Notes under the pieces: model-generated
Seen by the model: only the letters and a program-made list of their open reading frames with translations
Databases searched by the model: none
Told to the model about the DNA's origin: nothing
Shown: positions 55,387 through 64,000 of the stretch, piece by piece
How the letters are laid out: every line of letters starts with the position of its first letter
Numbering within the stretch: the first letter of the stretch is position 1
Translations under genes and position numbers: made by a program
Assembly (NCBI GenBank): GCA_019113745.1
Contig: DXGV01000031.1
Location: 5,776-69,775, forward strand
Direction: 5' to 3'
Source: Candidatus Blautia intestinavium
GTDB taxonomy: Bacteria > Bacillota > Clostridia > Lachnospirales > Lachnospiraceae
DNA: 64,000 nt

Positions 55387-57453
55387 ATGGATAAGGCTAA
55401 AGATACACGGGGAATAAAAATCAAACACTGGAAAATTATCGCGTTTTATCTTCTGATCTATGACGTGGTGGCGGTTAATGCATCTTACTTTCTGGGACTG
55501 CTGCTTCGCTTTGATCTCAGATATTCCAATATACCTGAAGAATATTTATACGCTTTTTTGAAATTTGCCCCAATTTATACATTATTTACGGTTGCCGTAT
55601 TTTATGTGTTCAGGCTTTACAACAGTTTATGGCGTTTTGCCAGCTTCAGTGAGCTGAATCGTATCCTGGCAGCTACGGGAATTACGACATTGTTTCATGT
55701 GGCCGGGATTACTCTGACGATGAGCAGAATGCCGGTTTCCTATTATGTGGTAGGCGCTGTGGCGCAGTTCTGCCTGGTAACGGCCATCCGGTTTTCTTAC
55801 CGCTTTGTTATTCTTGAGAAAGCCAGAAGAGATAAAAATATCCGTTCCGTACATAACGCCATGGTCATCGGGGCCGGCGCCGCGGGCCTGGTAATCCTGA
55901 AAGAACTGAAGGTGTCAAACGACGCAAATTCCAGACCGCTCTGTGTAATAGATGATAATCCAAATAAATGGGGACGGGTGATGGACGGCATTCCCATCGT
56001 GGGCGGCCGGGACAAAATCCTGGAATCGGTGAAGAAATACAATATCGACCAGATTTTGTTTGCAATTCCCTCGGCTACAGCAGAACAGAAAAGAGATATT
56101 CTGAACATATGTAAGGAAGCAGACTGCGAACTCCTGACCCTGCCGGGAATCTATCAGATGACAAACGGCGAGGTATCTTTAAGCAAAATGAAGCCGGTTG
56201 CGGTAGAGGATCTGCTTGGGAGAGAGCCGATCAAAGTAAATATGGAAGAAATTTTCCGGCATCTCAAGGGAAAGACGATCCTCGTCACCGGTGGAGGAGG
56301 ATCCATAGGAAGCGAATTATGCAGACAGATAGCAGGACACGAGCCGGGTCAGCTTATCATTTTTGACATATATGAAAATAACGCTTATGAGATAGAACAG
56401 GAGCTAAAAAGAAAATATCCAAAGTTGAATCTTGTGGTTCTGATTGGTTCTGTCAGGGATAGCAGACGGATCAACTGGGTGTTCGAACATTACAAACCGG
56501 ATATTGTTTATCATGCGGCAGCCCACAAGCATGTGCCGCTGATGGAAACCAGTCCAAATGAAGCGATTAAAAATAATGTGATAGGTACATATAAGACTGC
56601 CTATGCAGCACTGAGAAACGGGACAAAAAGATTTGTTCTTATCAGTACGGATAAGGCAGTGAATCCTACGAACATCATGGGAGCAAGCAAACGTCTCTGC
56701 GAGATGGTCATTCAGAGTATGGACGCCATCAGTAAAGAAGGAAGAATCGACCTTCTTCCCTTCCTTCACGCCCATATGGATAAAGTTATTGACGGACAGC
56801 TAGCGTCTGATCCTATGGATCATATGGCAGTAGATGGTATGGAAAATGAAGAAAATTTTATCCGTATTGAGAGTACCAGTAATAAAGACAGGAATGGAAC
56901 ACAGTTTGTGGCAGTCCGGTTTGGAAATGTGCTGGGAAGCAATGGTTCTGTAATTCCGCTGTTTAAGAAACAGATAGAGGCGGGAGGTCCAATAACTGTT
57001 ACTCATCCGGACATTATTCGATATTTCATGACTATTCCGGAAGCGGTGAGCCTTGTGCTGCAGGCCGGAACTTATGCATGGGGAGGAGAAATCTTTGTTC
57101 TGGATATGGGAGAGCCGGTGAAGATTGACACTCTGGCCAGAAATCTGATCCGTCTCTCCGGCTATAAACCGGATGAGGATATCAGGATCGAGTATGTGGG
57201 CCTTCGCCCGGGAGAAAAACTTTACGAAGAGAAGCTGATGGCCGAAGAGGGAATAAAGAAAACAGACAATGACCTGATCCATATTGGTAAACCTATTCCC
57301 TTTGATACGAAAGTTTTTCTGAAACAACTGGAAGAACTGGCAAAAGCCAGCTACGAGAACTCAGAAAATATCGTAGAAATGGTAGAAAAGATTGTGCCGA
57401 CATTCCATCCGGCAGAAAAAAATCATACCACTGACAACAAAGTTACCGCTTAG
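55387..57453 (+). CDS. Polysaccharide biosynthesis nucleoside-diphosphate sugar 4,6-dehydratase (CapD/PglF family)
   Basis: N-terminal TMs, 'TGGGGSIGSEL', 'HAAAHKHVP', 'STDKAVNP', 'VRFGNVLGS', 'RPGEKL'. Confidence 0.93.
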   Translation: MDKAKDTRGIKIKHWKIIAFYLLIYDVVAVNASYFLGLLLRFDLRYSNIPEEYLYAFLKFAPIYTLFTVAVFYVFRLYNSLWRFASFSELNRILAATGITTLFHVAGITLTMSRMPVSYYVVGAVAQFCLVTAIRFSYRFVILEKARRDKNIRSVHNAMVIGAGAAGLVILKELKVSNDANSRPLCVIDDNPNKWGRVMDGIPIVGGRDKILESVKKYNIDQILFAIPSATAEQKRDILNICKEADCELLTLPGIYQMTNGEVSLSKMKPVAVEDLLGREPIKVNMEEIFRHLKGKTILVTGGGGSIGSELCRQIAGHEPGQLIIFDIYENNAYEIEQELKRKYPKLNLVVLIGSVRDSRRINWVFEHYKPDIVYHAAAHKHVPLMETSPNEAIKNNVIGTYKTAYAALRNGTKRFVLISTDKAVNPTNIMGASKRLCEMVIQSMDAISKEGRIDLLPFLHAHMDKVIDGQLASDPMDHMAVDGMENEENFIRIESTSNKDRNGTQFVAVRFGNVLGSNGSVIPLFKKQIEAGGPITVTHPDIIRYFMTIPEAVSLVLQAGTYAWGGEIFVLDMGEPVKIDTLARNLIRLSGYKPDEDIRIEYVGLRPGEKLYEEKLMAEEGIKKTDNDLIHIGKPIPFDTKVFLKQLEELAKASYENSENIVEMVEKIVPTFHPAEKNHTTDNKVTA

Positions 57454-57693
57454 ATAGAAAATAATTATCCGGGATTCTGAAAATACAGCAGGGTTTTCAT
57501 TTTCAACTCTGTCAGTATGGAACAAATTCTGCAGAATGCAAATCGTCGCATCGCCGCGTTTGCTTTCTGCGGATGCGATATGGGATCTGCTTTTCCGGCA
57601 TGAAGCCGGGGGAAAAGATCAGACAGGAATCTGCCCAATGGACAGAATGGCGAAGCCTGCCTTTTTTGAAAAAAGGAAAGAAGAGAAGACGCT

Positions 57694-58218
57694 ATGGACA
57701 ATATACATAACTGGTATGTGATGCAGGTCCGCACCGGTACAGAAGAAAGTATCTGTAAGCAGTGCAGAAAAGATATTGAAGAAGAAGTCCTGGAGAAATG
57801 TTTCCTGCCATTTTATGAAGAAAAAAGGAAAATCCAGGGCCAGTGGAAGATTCTAAAAAAACTTCTCTTTCCCGGATATGTATTTGTTATTTCCAGCGAT
57901 ATAGACTGCCTGTACCAACAGTTGAAGAAAGTAATCGGTCTGACAAAGCTGATCGGTACAGGAAAGGAGATCATTCCACTTACAGAAGAAGAGGTAAGAT
58001 TTCTCATGAAATTCGGCGGAGAAGAGCAGATCGTAGCCATGTCAGAAGGAATTATTGAAGGTAGTAAGGTAATTATCAACTCCGGCCCATTACAGGGAAT
58101 GGAAGGATACATAAGGAAGATTGACAGACATAAGCGGAAAGCATATCTGGAGGTCCCATTCTTTGGGAGAGTGCAGAAAGTACAGGTGGGGCTGGAGATT
58201 GTGGAGAAGAGGATTTGA
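57694..58218 (+). CDS. loaP: NusG-paralog transcription antiterminator LoaP
   Basis: 'WYVMQVRTGTE', 'LFPGYVF', KOW 'SGPLQGMEG.IRKIDRHKRKA' basic patch; within EPS locus. Confidence 0.85.
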   Translation: MDNIHNWYVMQVRTGTEESICKQCRKDIEEEVLEKCFLPFYEEKRKIQGQWKILKKLLFPGYVFVISSDIDCLYQQLKKVIGLTKLIGTGKEIIPLTEEEVRFLMKFGGEEQIVAMSEGIIEGSKVIINSGPLQGMEGYIRKIDRHKRKAYLEVPFFGRVQKVQVGLEIVEKRI

Positions 58219-58248
58219 AAATTAATAATCTATAGAGGTAATGTGAAC

Positions 58249-58683
58249 ATGCAGCATATAGATTTAAAAGGAAAGAGAATATTTGTAACAGGCGCCGCCG
58301 GATTCATCGGCGCAAATCTGGTTATGAATCTGTTGGAAACAATTTCACCGGTTACAATAATCGGGATTGATAATTTAAATGATTATTATGACGTTTCCAT
58401 AAAAGAATACCGGTTAAAAGAAATCAATAAGAAAGCAGAAAATCATCCGGAATCCTCCTGGACATTTATCAAAGCAGATATTTCCGATAAATCTGTGATC
58501 AATGTACTGTTTCAGATTTATAAACCGGAAATTGTGGTAAACCTGGCGGCCCAGGCAGGCGTGCGATACAGTATTACCAATCCGGATGTATATATCAGCT
58601 CCAATCTGAATGGATTCTATAATATTCTTGAAGCCTGCCGTCATTCCTATGACAACGGGGCAAAAGGCGTGGAACGTCTTTGA
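58249..58683 (+). pseudogene. Truncated NAD-dependent epimerase (UDP-glucuronate 4-epimerase-like)
   Basis: 'VTGAAGFIG', 'NLAAQAGVRYS' present; stops where 'LVYASSSSVYG' and the catalytic YxxxK should follow. Confidence 0.8.
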
Positions 58684-58963
58684 GACGGAAATGCAGGAAA
58701 ATTATTTGTAATAAATAGACAAAAATACAGGCTATTTTGGCTGATTTCAGAAGCTTTTTTGTTTATTTATTACAATGCACATCCGTCTCGAAAATGGGTT
58801 GTTCCGATAGAGATGAGATAAAGACATAAATCCGTCTCGAAGATGGGATGCTTCGATAGTTGAGATGGATGAAAAGACATAAATCCGTCTCGAAGAGGGG
58901 ACGGGTCGATAGATATGGAGACAGGAATCCGTCTCGAAGATGGGGTGTTCCAAGAGATGAGAT
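58681..58963. repeat. Degenerate tandem palindromic repeats (REP/MITE-like)
   Basis: ATCCGTCTCGAA(G/A)A(T/G)GGG at 58781, 58830, 58883, 58927 (periods 49/53/44); inverted copy TGAGACGGA at 58681. Confidence 0.75.
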
Positions 58964-59052
58964 ACCCACACTGGGAGAGAGAATCATCTGTCCCCTATTT
59001 TGAGGACAGTAAAGATAGACATTTTTAGAAACGATCATGGGAGATAGTAGAT

Positions 59053-60297
59053 ATGAATAAGAAAATTGCTGTAGCAGGAACAGGATATGTCGGATTGTCA
59101 CTGGCTGTCCTTTTGGCACAGCGCAATCAGGTGACGGCTGTGGATATCGTTCCAGAGAAAGTAGATTTCATTAATAATCGCATTTCTCCGATTCAGGATG
59201 AATACATAGAGAAGTACTTAGCAGAGAAAGATCTGAATCTGACTGCTACATTGGATGGCGCTTCAGCTTATAAAGATGCTGAGTTTGTGATCATTGCTGC
59301 GCCGACCAATTATGACAGCAATAAGAATTTCTTTGACACATCTGCTGTGGAATCAGTGATTGAGTTGGTTCTGAAATCCAATTCGAATGCCATCATGGTG
59401 ATCAAGTCTACAATTCCGGTTGGATATACGAAATCTGTGCGTGAGAAGTATCACTGTGACAATATCATCTTCAGCCCTGAGTTTCTAAGAGAATCTAAGG
59501 CTCTTTATGACAATCTGTATCCATCCCGGATTATCGTCGGTACGGATGAGAGTGATGAAAGACTGGTAAGTGCTGCACACGAGTTTGCAGGGTTACTGCA
59601 AGAAGGTGCCATTAAAGAGAATATTGACACATTGTTTATGGGATTCACAGAGGCCGAAGCTGTGAAGTTGTTTGCCAATACATATCTGGCACTGCGAGTA
59701 TCCTACTTCAACGAGCTGGACACATACGCAGAAATGAAAGGCTTAGACACACAGGCAATTATTAATGGTGTATGCCTGGATCCCAGAATTGGCAGCCACT
59801 ACAACAATCCGAGTTTCGGTTACGGCGGATACTGCCTGCCGAAAGATACGAAGCAGTTGCTGGCGAACTACGCTGATGTTCCTGAGAATTTGATAGAAGC
59901 CATCGTCGAGAGTAATCGGACAAGGAAGGATTTTATTGCAGATCAGGTTCTTCGTAAGGCCGGTTATTACTCTTACAGCGAGGATAGTGATTATGTAGCG
60001 GATCGTGAGAAGGAAGTTGTTGTTGGTGTGTATAGGCTCACGATGAAGAGTAATTTAGATAACTTCCGCCAGAGCAGTATTCAGGGCGTGATGAAAAGAG
60101 TGAAGGCCAAGGGTGCTGTTGTAGTGATCTATGAGCCTACATTGGAGGATGGCAGTACGTTCTTCGGTAGTCGGGTTGTGAATAATCTGGAGGAGTTTAA
60201 AAAGATTACTCAGGCGATTATCGCTAATAGGTACGATAGTTGCCTGGATGATGTCGCTGAGAAGGTTTATACGAGGGATGTTTTTATGCGGGATTGA
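59053..60297 (+). CDS. ugd: UDP-glucose 6-dehydrogenase
   Basis: 'GTGYVGL', 'SPEFLRE', '[12 protein letters not shown]', '[10 protein letters not shown]'. Confidence 0.95.
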   Translation: MNKKIAVAGTGYVGLSLAVLLAQRNQVTAVDIVPEKVDFINNRISPIQDEYIEKYLAEKDLNLTATLDGASAYKDAEFVIIAAPTNYDSNKNFFDTSAVESVIELVLKSNSNAIMVIKSTIPVGYTKSVREKYHCDNIIFSPEFLRESKALYDNLYPSRIIVGTDESDERLVSAAHEFAGLLQEGAIKENIDTLFMGFTEAEAVKLFANTYLALRVSYFNELDTYAEMKGLDTQAIINGVCLDPRIGSHYNNPSFGYGGYCLPKDTKQLLANYADVPENLIEAIVESNRTRKDFIADQVLRKAGYYSYSEDSDYVADREKEVVVGVYRLTMKSNLDNFRQSSIQGVMKRVKAKGAVVVIYEPTLEDGSTFFGSRVVNNLEEFKKITQAIIANRYDSCLDDVAEKVYTRDVFMRD

Positions 60298-60317
60298 GCA
60301 ATTAAAGGGGTATTCAA

Positions 60318-60755
60318 ATGATATGTCTTGATCATATCGCTCTGATTGTATCAACGGAGCGATCTATTCTATTCTACGAAAAGCTGGGCTTTAAAGAAAC
60401 AAAAAGAATAGAGCGTTCATATGACACAGTGGTGTTCATGCAATGTGGACAGGTCATTCTTGAAATTTTCGTTGATCCTAATCATCCGGACCGAGTTATG
60501 GCTCCAGAAGCTAAAGGGCTGAGACATATTGCTTTTTCGGTAGATAGTTTGGATGAGGTTATGAAAGAGCTTGAGTGTGAAAAAGTACGAACTGATTGGT
60601 TCGGGAGAAAATTTACATTCACAAAAGACCCTGATGGGCAGCCGATTGAGTTGATAGAGGTAAAACCTGAGATCAGATCAGCGGAATATAGCATGGAAGA
60701 TAAATGGGTGCAGGAATATAAAGCACAGTTCGGTACTGAACCGAGTTTTATGTGA
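60318..60755 (+). CDS. VOC/glyoxalase family protein
   Basis: 'LDHIAL', 'FYEKLGF', 'GLRHIAF', 'KDPDGQPIEL'. Confidence 0.85.
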   Translation: MICLDHIALIVSTERSILFYEKLGFKETKRIERSYDTVVFMQCGQVILEIFVDPNHPDRVMAPEAKGLRHIAFSVDSLDEVMKELECEKVRTDWFGRKFTFTKDPDGQPIELIEVKPEIRSAEYSMEDKWVQEYKAQFGTEPSFM

Positions 60756-60819
60756 GAGAACGTACGCTCTGGTCCGTGTAGTAACCACAGTAATATTAGT
60801 TTAAGGAGAGCATGAAGTC

Positions 60820-63558
60820 ATGTCTATTGATAAGAATAAAATCAAAAAAATCATAGGAGTTTCTATGGTCGCTATAGGAGCTGCGTTTGTAGGCATGAGT
60901 ATTCTTGCCAGAAAGAAAAACCCGTCTTCTGTGTATGAAGATGATAGAGAACAGAAAAATCCGTTTGAGGGTAAGACAGTTGTCCTCGTTGAGGATGAGA
61001 ATGATAAAGAAAATGCAGACGGTGTGAAAGGGCATCTGGAAGCGGTTGGTGATTCTGAGTATAACCCCTCTTTTTATGAGAAACACGTTAAAAGAGCCAT
61101 AGATATAGTTCTGTCATTCGGTGGTATTGTAGTCCTCTCTCCTGTTTTCGCTGCCATTGCTCTTGCTATTAAGATCGAAGATCCAGGTCCGGTATTATTC
61201 ACGCAGAAGCGGGTTGGTCAGAATAAGAGATATTTTAAATTACATAAATTCCGCTCCATGAAGATGAGCACACCGCACGACGTACCGACTCACCAGTTGG
61301 AGAATCCGGAGCAGTACATAACAAAGGTTGGAAGGTTTCTGCGTGCTCATAGTCTCGATGAGCTTCCACAGATCTGGGACATTTTCATTGGAAACATGTC
61401 TGTGATTGGCCCTAGACCTGGACTTTGGAATCAGGATCTGTTAACTGCTGAGAGAGATAAATATGGCGCTAACGATGTGAAACCTGGCCTGACTGGCTGG
61501 GCTCAGATTAATGGTAGAGATGAGCTGGAGATTCCTGACAAGGCGAAGCTAGATGGGGAGTACGTTAAGAAGATGGGGCTGGGGATGGATATAAAGTGCT
61601 TCCTTGGCAGCGTTCATGTAGTTGGAAAAGATGATACGGTAGTTGAAGGTGGAACTGGGGAGATGAGGAAAAAATCTGTCGGTCGCCATTACACAGATGG
61701 GAAAAGCAATGCTGAACTAATAGGACATATCGGATTCGGAGAAACTGTCCAGATTGATCAGGTCGTTCAGAAGCGCGTGTTAATCACAGGTGCCGGTTCT
61801 TATATTGGAGAAACCTTCCGAGCGTATGCTGCAGAGCATTATTCCGACAACTTTACGATAGATGCTGTGGATATGATAGATCCTTCCTGGAGAGATATGG
61901 ATTTCTCCTCCTACGATGTTGTTTATCATGTGGCAGGAATTGCTCACGCTGATGTAGGTAATGTATCGGATGAGGTAAAGGAAAAGTACTATTCTGTTAA
62001 CACTGATTTGGCGATAGAGGTTGCTGAAAAGGCGAAAGCTGATGGCGTCAAAGAGTTTATCTTCATGTCCTCTATGATTGTATATGGAGAGTCTGCGCCC
62101 TATGGAGTGAAAAAGGTTATTGATGAACACACAGTTCCAAGTCCTGCAAACTTCTATGGTGATAGCAAGCTGCAGGCTGATGTGGGAGTCCGGGAACTGG
62201 CTGATGAAAAATTCAAAGTAATCGTTCTCCGACCGCCGATGATCTATGGAAAAGGCAGCAAGGGGAACTACCCTACATTGGCGAAGCTGGCGAAGAAGTT
62301 ACCAGTATTCCCAGATGTAGATAATGAACGCTCCATGCTGTACATAGAGAATCTGTGTGAATTTCTGTGCCAGATTATGCTGGTGAAGAAAGTAAAGGAG
62401 AATGCCATTGTCCTGATTCCACAGAATGCAGAGTGGACTAAGACCAGTGAGATGGTTAAAGAGATTGCTAAAGTAACTGGTGGGAAGGCCAGAAGTGTTA
62501 AATTTTTTAATGCGGCAGTAACTATTGCAAGCAAGGTACCAGGTAAGATAGGAGGACTTGTAAATAAGGCATTTGGGAATAGCTGCTATGATCATGCGAG
62601 TTCTGTTTATCCGGGAATTGAATATCAAATTATCTCTTTGATAGGGTCCCTAAAGAAAACAGAGACTGTGATATCTAATAATCATATGTCATATGATCCT
62701 TTGACAGAAAGAGACTGTGAAAAATATAGTATATTAATGTCAGTATATAAGAACGATAAGGAAGATCATCTCCGTTTAGCTATTGAGAGCATGCTTAAGC
62801 AAACGGTACCTCCAGAACAGTTTGTTATTGTTGAGGATGGTCCGGTTCCATCTGCTTTGGATAACTTGCTTTTGAAGTACACTAAAACATACCCTCAGTT
62901 ATTTACGGTTGTAAAATTGGATCAGAATGGTGGATTAGGGAATGCTTTAAACCAAGGGTTAAAATTCTGCAGAAATGAACTAGTAGCACGGATGGACTCA
63001 GATGACATCTCAAAATCTAATAGATGTGAACTTGAATTAAAAGAATTTTCTAAACATCCCAATATGGGTATTGTAGGAACACAGATTGATGAGTTTATAG
63101 GTGATACTTCAAATATTACCTCTCAAAGGATTGTTCCAACTGAACACAAGGATATTGTTAAGTTTGCAAGACGCCGGAGTCCCTTTAATCATCCAACTGT
63201 TATGTATAGAAAAAGTGTTATAGAAAGTCTAGGAGGCTATACTGCATATGGAAGAAAAGAGGATTTGGATCTGTTTATACGCGCAGTTAACGAAGGTGTT
63301 TACACAAGAAATTTAGAAGAGTCTTTATTATATTATCGCACCAGCAATGATAATTTGAAAAGAAGAAAAACGTGGATTAATTGTAAAGAATACATTCAAA
63401 TCATGGTAGGCTTTAAGAGAAAAGGTTATATCAATTTTGATGATTTGGTTTATGTGATAACAGGCCAAATGATGATGTATATACTGCCTGATAAAATTAC
63501 GAAATCTTTGAGTGATATATTCCTTAGAAAAATGTCTGCCAATAAGGGGAAAAGATAA
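60820..63558 (+). CDS. Fusion: priming phosphoglycosyl transferase + NAD-dependent epimerase + GT2 glycosyltransferase
   Basis: 'KFRSM..SLDELPQ..GPRP..PGLTGWAQING'; 'ITGAGSYIG..YGDSK'; 'YSILMSVYK..RMDSDD..FNHP'. Confidence 0.85.
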   Translation: MSIDKNKIKKIIGVSMVAIGAAFVGMSILARKKNPSSVYEDDREQKNPFEGKTVVLVEDENDKENADGVKGHLEAVGDSEYNPSFYEKHVKRAIDIVLSFGGIVVLSPVFAAIALAIKIEDPGPVLFTQKRVGQNKRYFKLHKFRSMKMSTPHDVPTHQLENPEQYITKVGRFLRAHSLDELPQIWDIFIGNMSVIGPRPGLWNQDLLTAERDKYGANDVKPGLTGWAQINGRDELEIPDKAKLDGEYVKKMGLGMDIKCFLGSVHVVGKDDTVVEGGTGEMRKKSVGRHYTDGKSNAELIGHIGFGETVQIDQVVQKRVLITGAGSYIGETFRAYAAEHYSDNFTIDAVDMIDPSWRDMDFSSYDVVYHVAGIAHADVGNVSDEVKEKYYSVNTDLAIEVAEKAKADGVKEFIFMSSMIVYGESAPYGVKKVIDEHTVPSPANFYGDSKLQADVGVRELADEKFKVIVLRPPMIYGKGSKGNYPTLAKLAKKLPVFPDVDNERSMLYIENLCEFLCQIMLVKKVKENAIVLIPQNAEWTKTSEMVKEIAKVTGGKARSVKFFNAAVTIASKVPGKIGGLVNKAFGNSCYDHASSVYPGIEYQIISLIGSLKKTETVISNNHMSYDPLTERDCEKYSILMSVYKNDKEDHLRLAIESMLKQTVPPEQFVIVEDGPVPSALDNLLLKYTKTYPQLFTVVKLDQNGGLGNALNQGLKFCRNELVARMDSDDISKSNRCELELKEFSKHPNMGIVGTQIDEFIGDTSNITSQRIVPTEHKDIVKFARRRSPFNHPTVMYRKSVIESLGGYTAYGRKEDLDLFIRAVNEGVYTRNLEESLLYYRTSNDNLKRRKTWINCKEYIQIMVGFKRKGYINFDDLVYVITGQMMMYILPDKITKSLSDIFLRKMSANKGKR

Positions 63559-63559
63559 G

Positions 63560-64000
63560 ATGCATCATAGAGTACTTATTGTTGGAACAGTACCATATAA
63601 TAGACAGACTTCATCAAGAGCGTTTGAATCATATTTTAGTAATTGGGAAAAGGAAAATTTATATCAGATATTTTCCAATCCAAGAGAGCCTGTACATGGG
63701 CATTGTGACTCCCTTTATCAGATTACCGACAAAAGAATGCTTGTTAGGCATGTAAAAAAAATAGATACAGGTGTTATTTTTTATGACAAAGATCTGAATG
63801 ATGAATGGGAAACACTTCCCAAACAAAAAAGTACAAGTTTAATATCAAAATTATATGGATTGGGTAGCCACAAATCACCGGTAAATTATCTTTTAAGAGG
63901 ATGGCTTTGGAAAAAGAAATATTGGTGCACATCCAAATTAAATGAGTGGTTAGACGGTTTTTCGCCGGAGTGTGTTTTTCTTGCATTCTCGGATGATTAT
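63560..64000 (+). CDS. Partial ORF running off window, probable glycosyltransferase/EPS protein
   Basis: ATG at 63560, open to the window end (MHHRVLIVGTVPYN...); EPS context only. Confidence 0.5.
   Translation, partial: MHHRVLIVGTVPYNRQTSSRAFESYFSNWEKENLYQIFSNPREPVHGHCDSLYQITDKRMLVRHVKKIDTGVIFYDKDLNDEWETLPKQKSTSLISKLYGLGSHKSPVNYLLRGWLWKKKYWCTSKLNEWLDGFSPECVFLAFSDDY

Noticed and set aside
56720-56895. Intein in the CapD-like gene
   Set aside because: Too short and lacks C/S start and HN-C/S/T end motifs.
57536-57721. 61-aa ORF upstream of loaP
   Set aside because: No RBS or recognisable motif; the region is better explained as structured RNA.
58781-58963. Mini CRISPR array (tempting given the Cas12f-like gene about 4 kb away)
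   Set aside because: Conserved core is only about 18 bp, periods are irregular (49/53/44) and the linkers are homologous to each other rather than unique spacers; no cas1/cas2 in the window.

Overview
64-kb chromosomal window from a Gram-positive anaerobe, most likely a Lachnospiraceae/Blautia-like gut Clostridium (inferred from gene content and protein style). In order: late cobalamin genes (cobT-cobU-cobS-cobU-like-cobC); a dispersed anaerobic purine/urate catabolism regulon (ssnA, ygfK, selenium-dependent xdh, xdhABC, yqeB, yqeC, mocA/ygfJ, then arcC, ygeW, ygeY, dpaL, hydA, a YheO-like regulator) interrupted by an AAA-ATPase/PD-(D/E)XK gene, transporters and two orphan BMC shell genes; [FeFe]-hydrogenase maturases hydE/hydG; housekeeping genes (luxS, trpS, cyclophilin, mnmM, coaBC-panT-coaX, rluA-like, L,D-transpeptidase); a decayed bioY/DUF1284 chimera and cbiD; then the start of a capsule/EPS locus (capD-like, loaP, truncated epimerase, ugd, triple-fusion transferase). 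The best novelty candidate is 53591-54853: an intact, promoter-driven TnpB/Cas12f-like gene whose three RuvC catalytic acids all appear substituted. No transposase is nearby, and it is followed by a ~160-nt GC-rich multi-stem RNA directly at the head of the EPS operon. This suggests a domesticated, nuclease-dead RNA-binding or RNA-guided regulator linked to surface polysaccharide. All calls come from motif recognition by eye; no searches or folding programs were run. Some start codons were moved from the ORF track to the nearest RBS-supported start.
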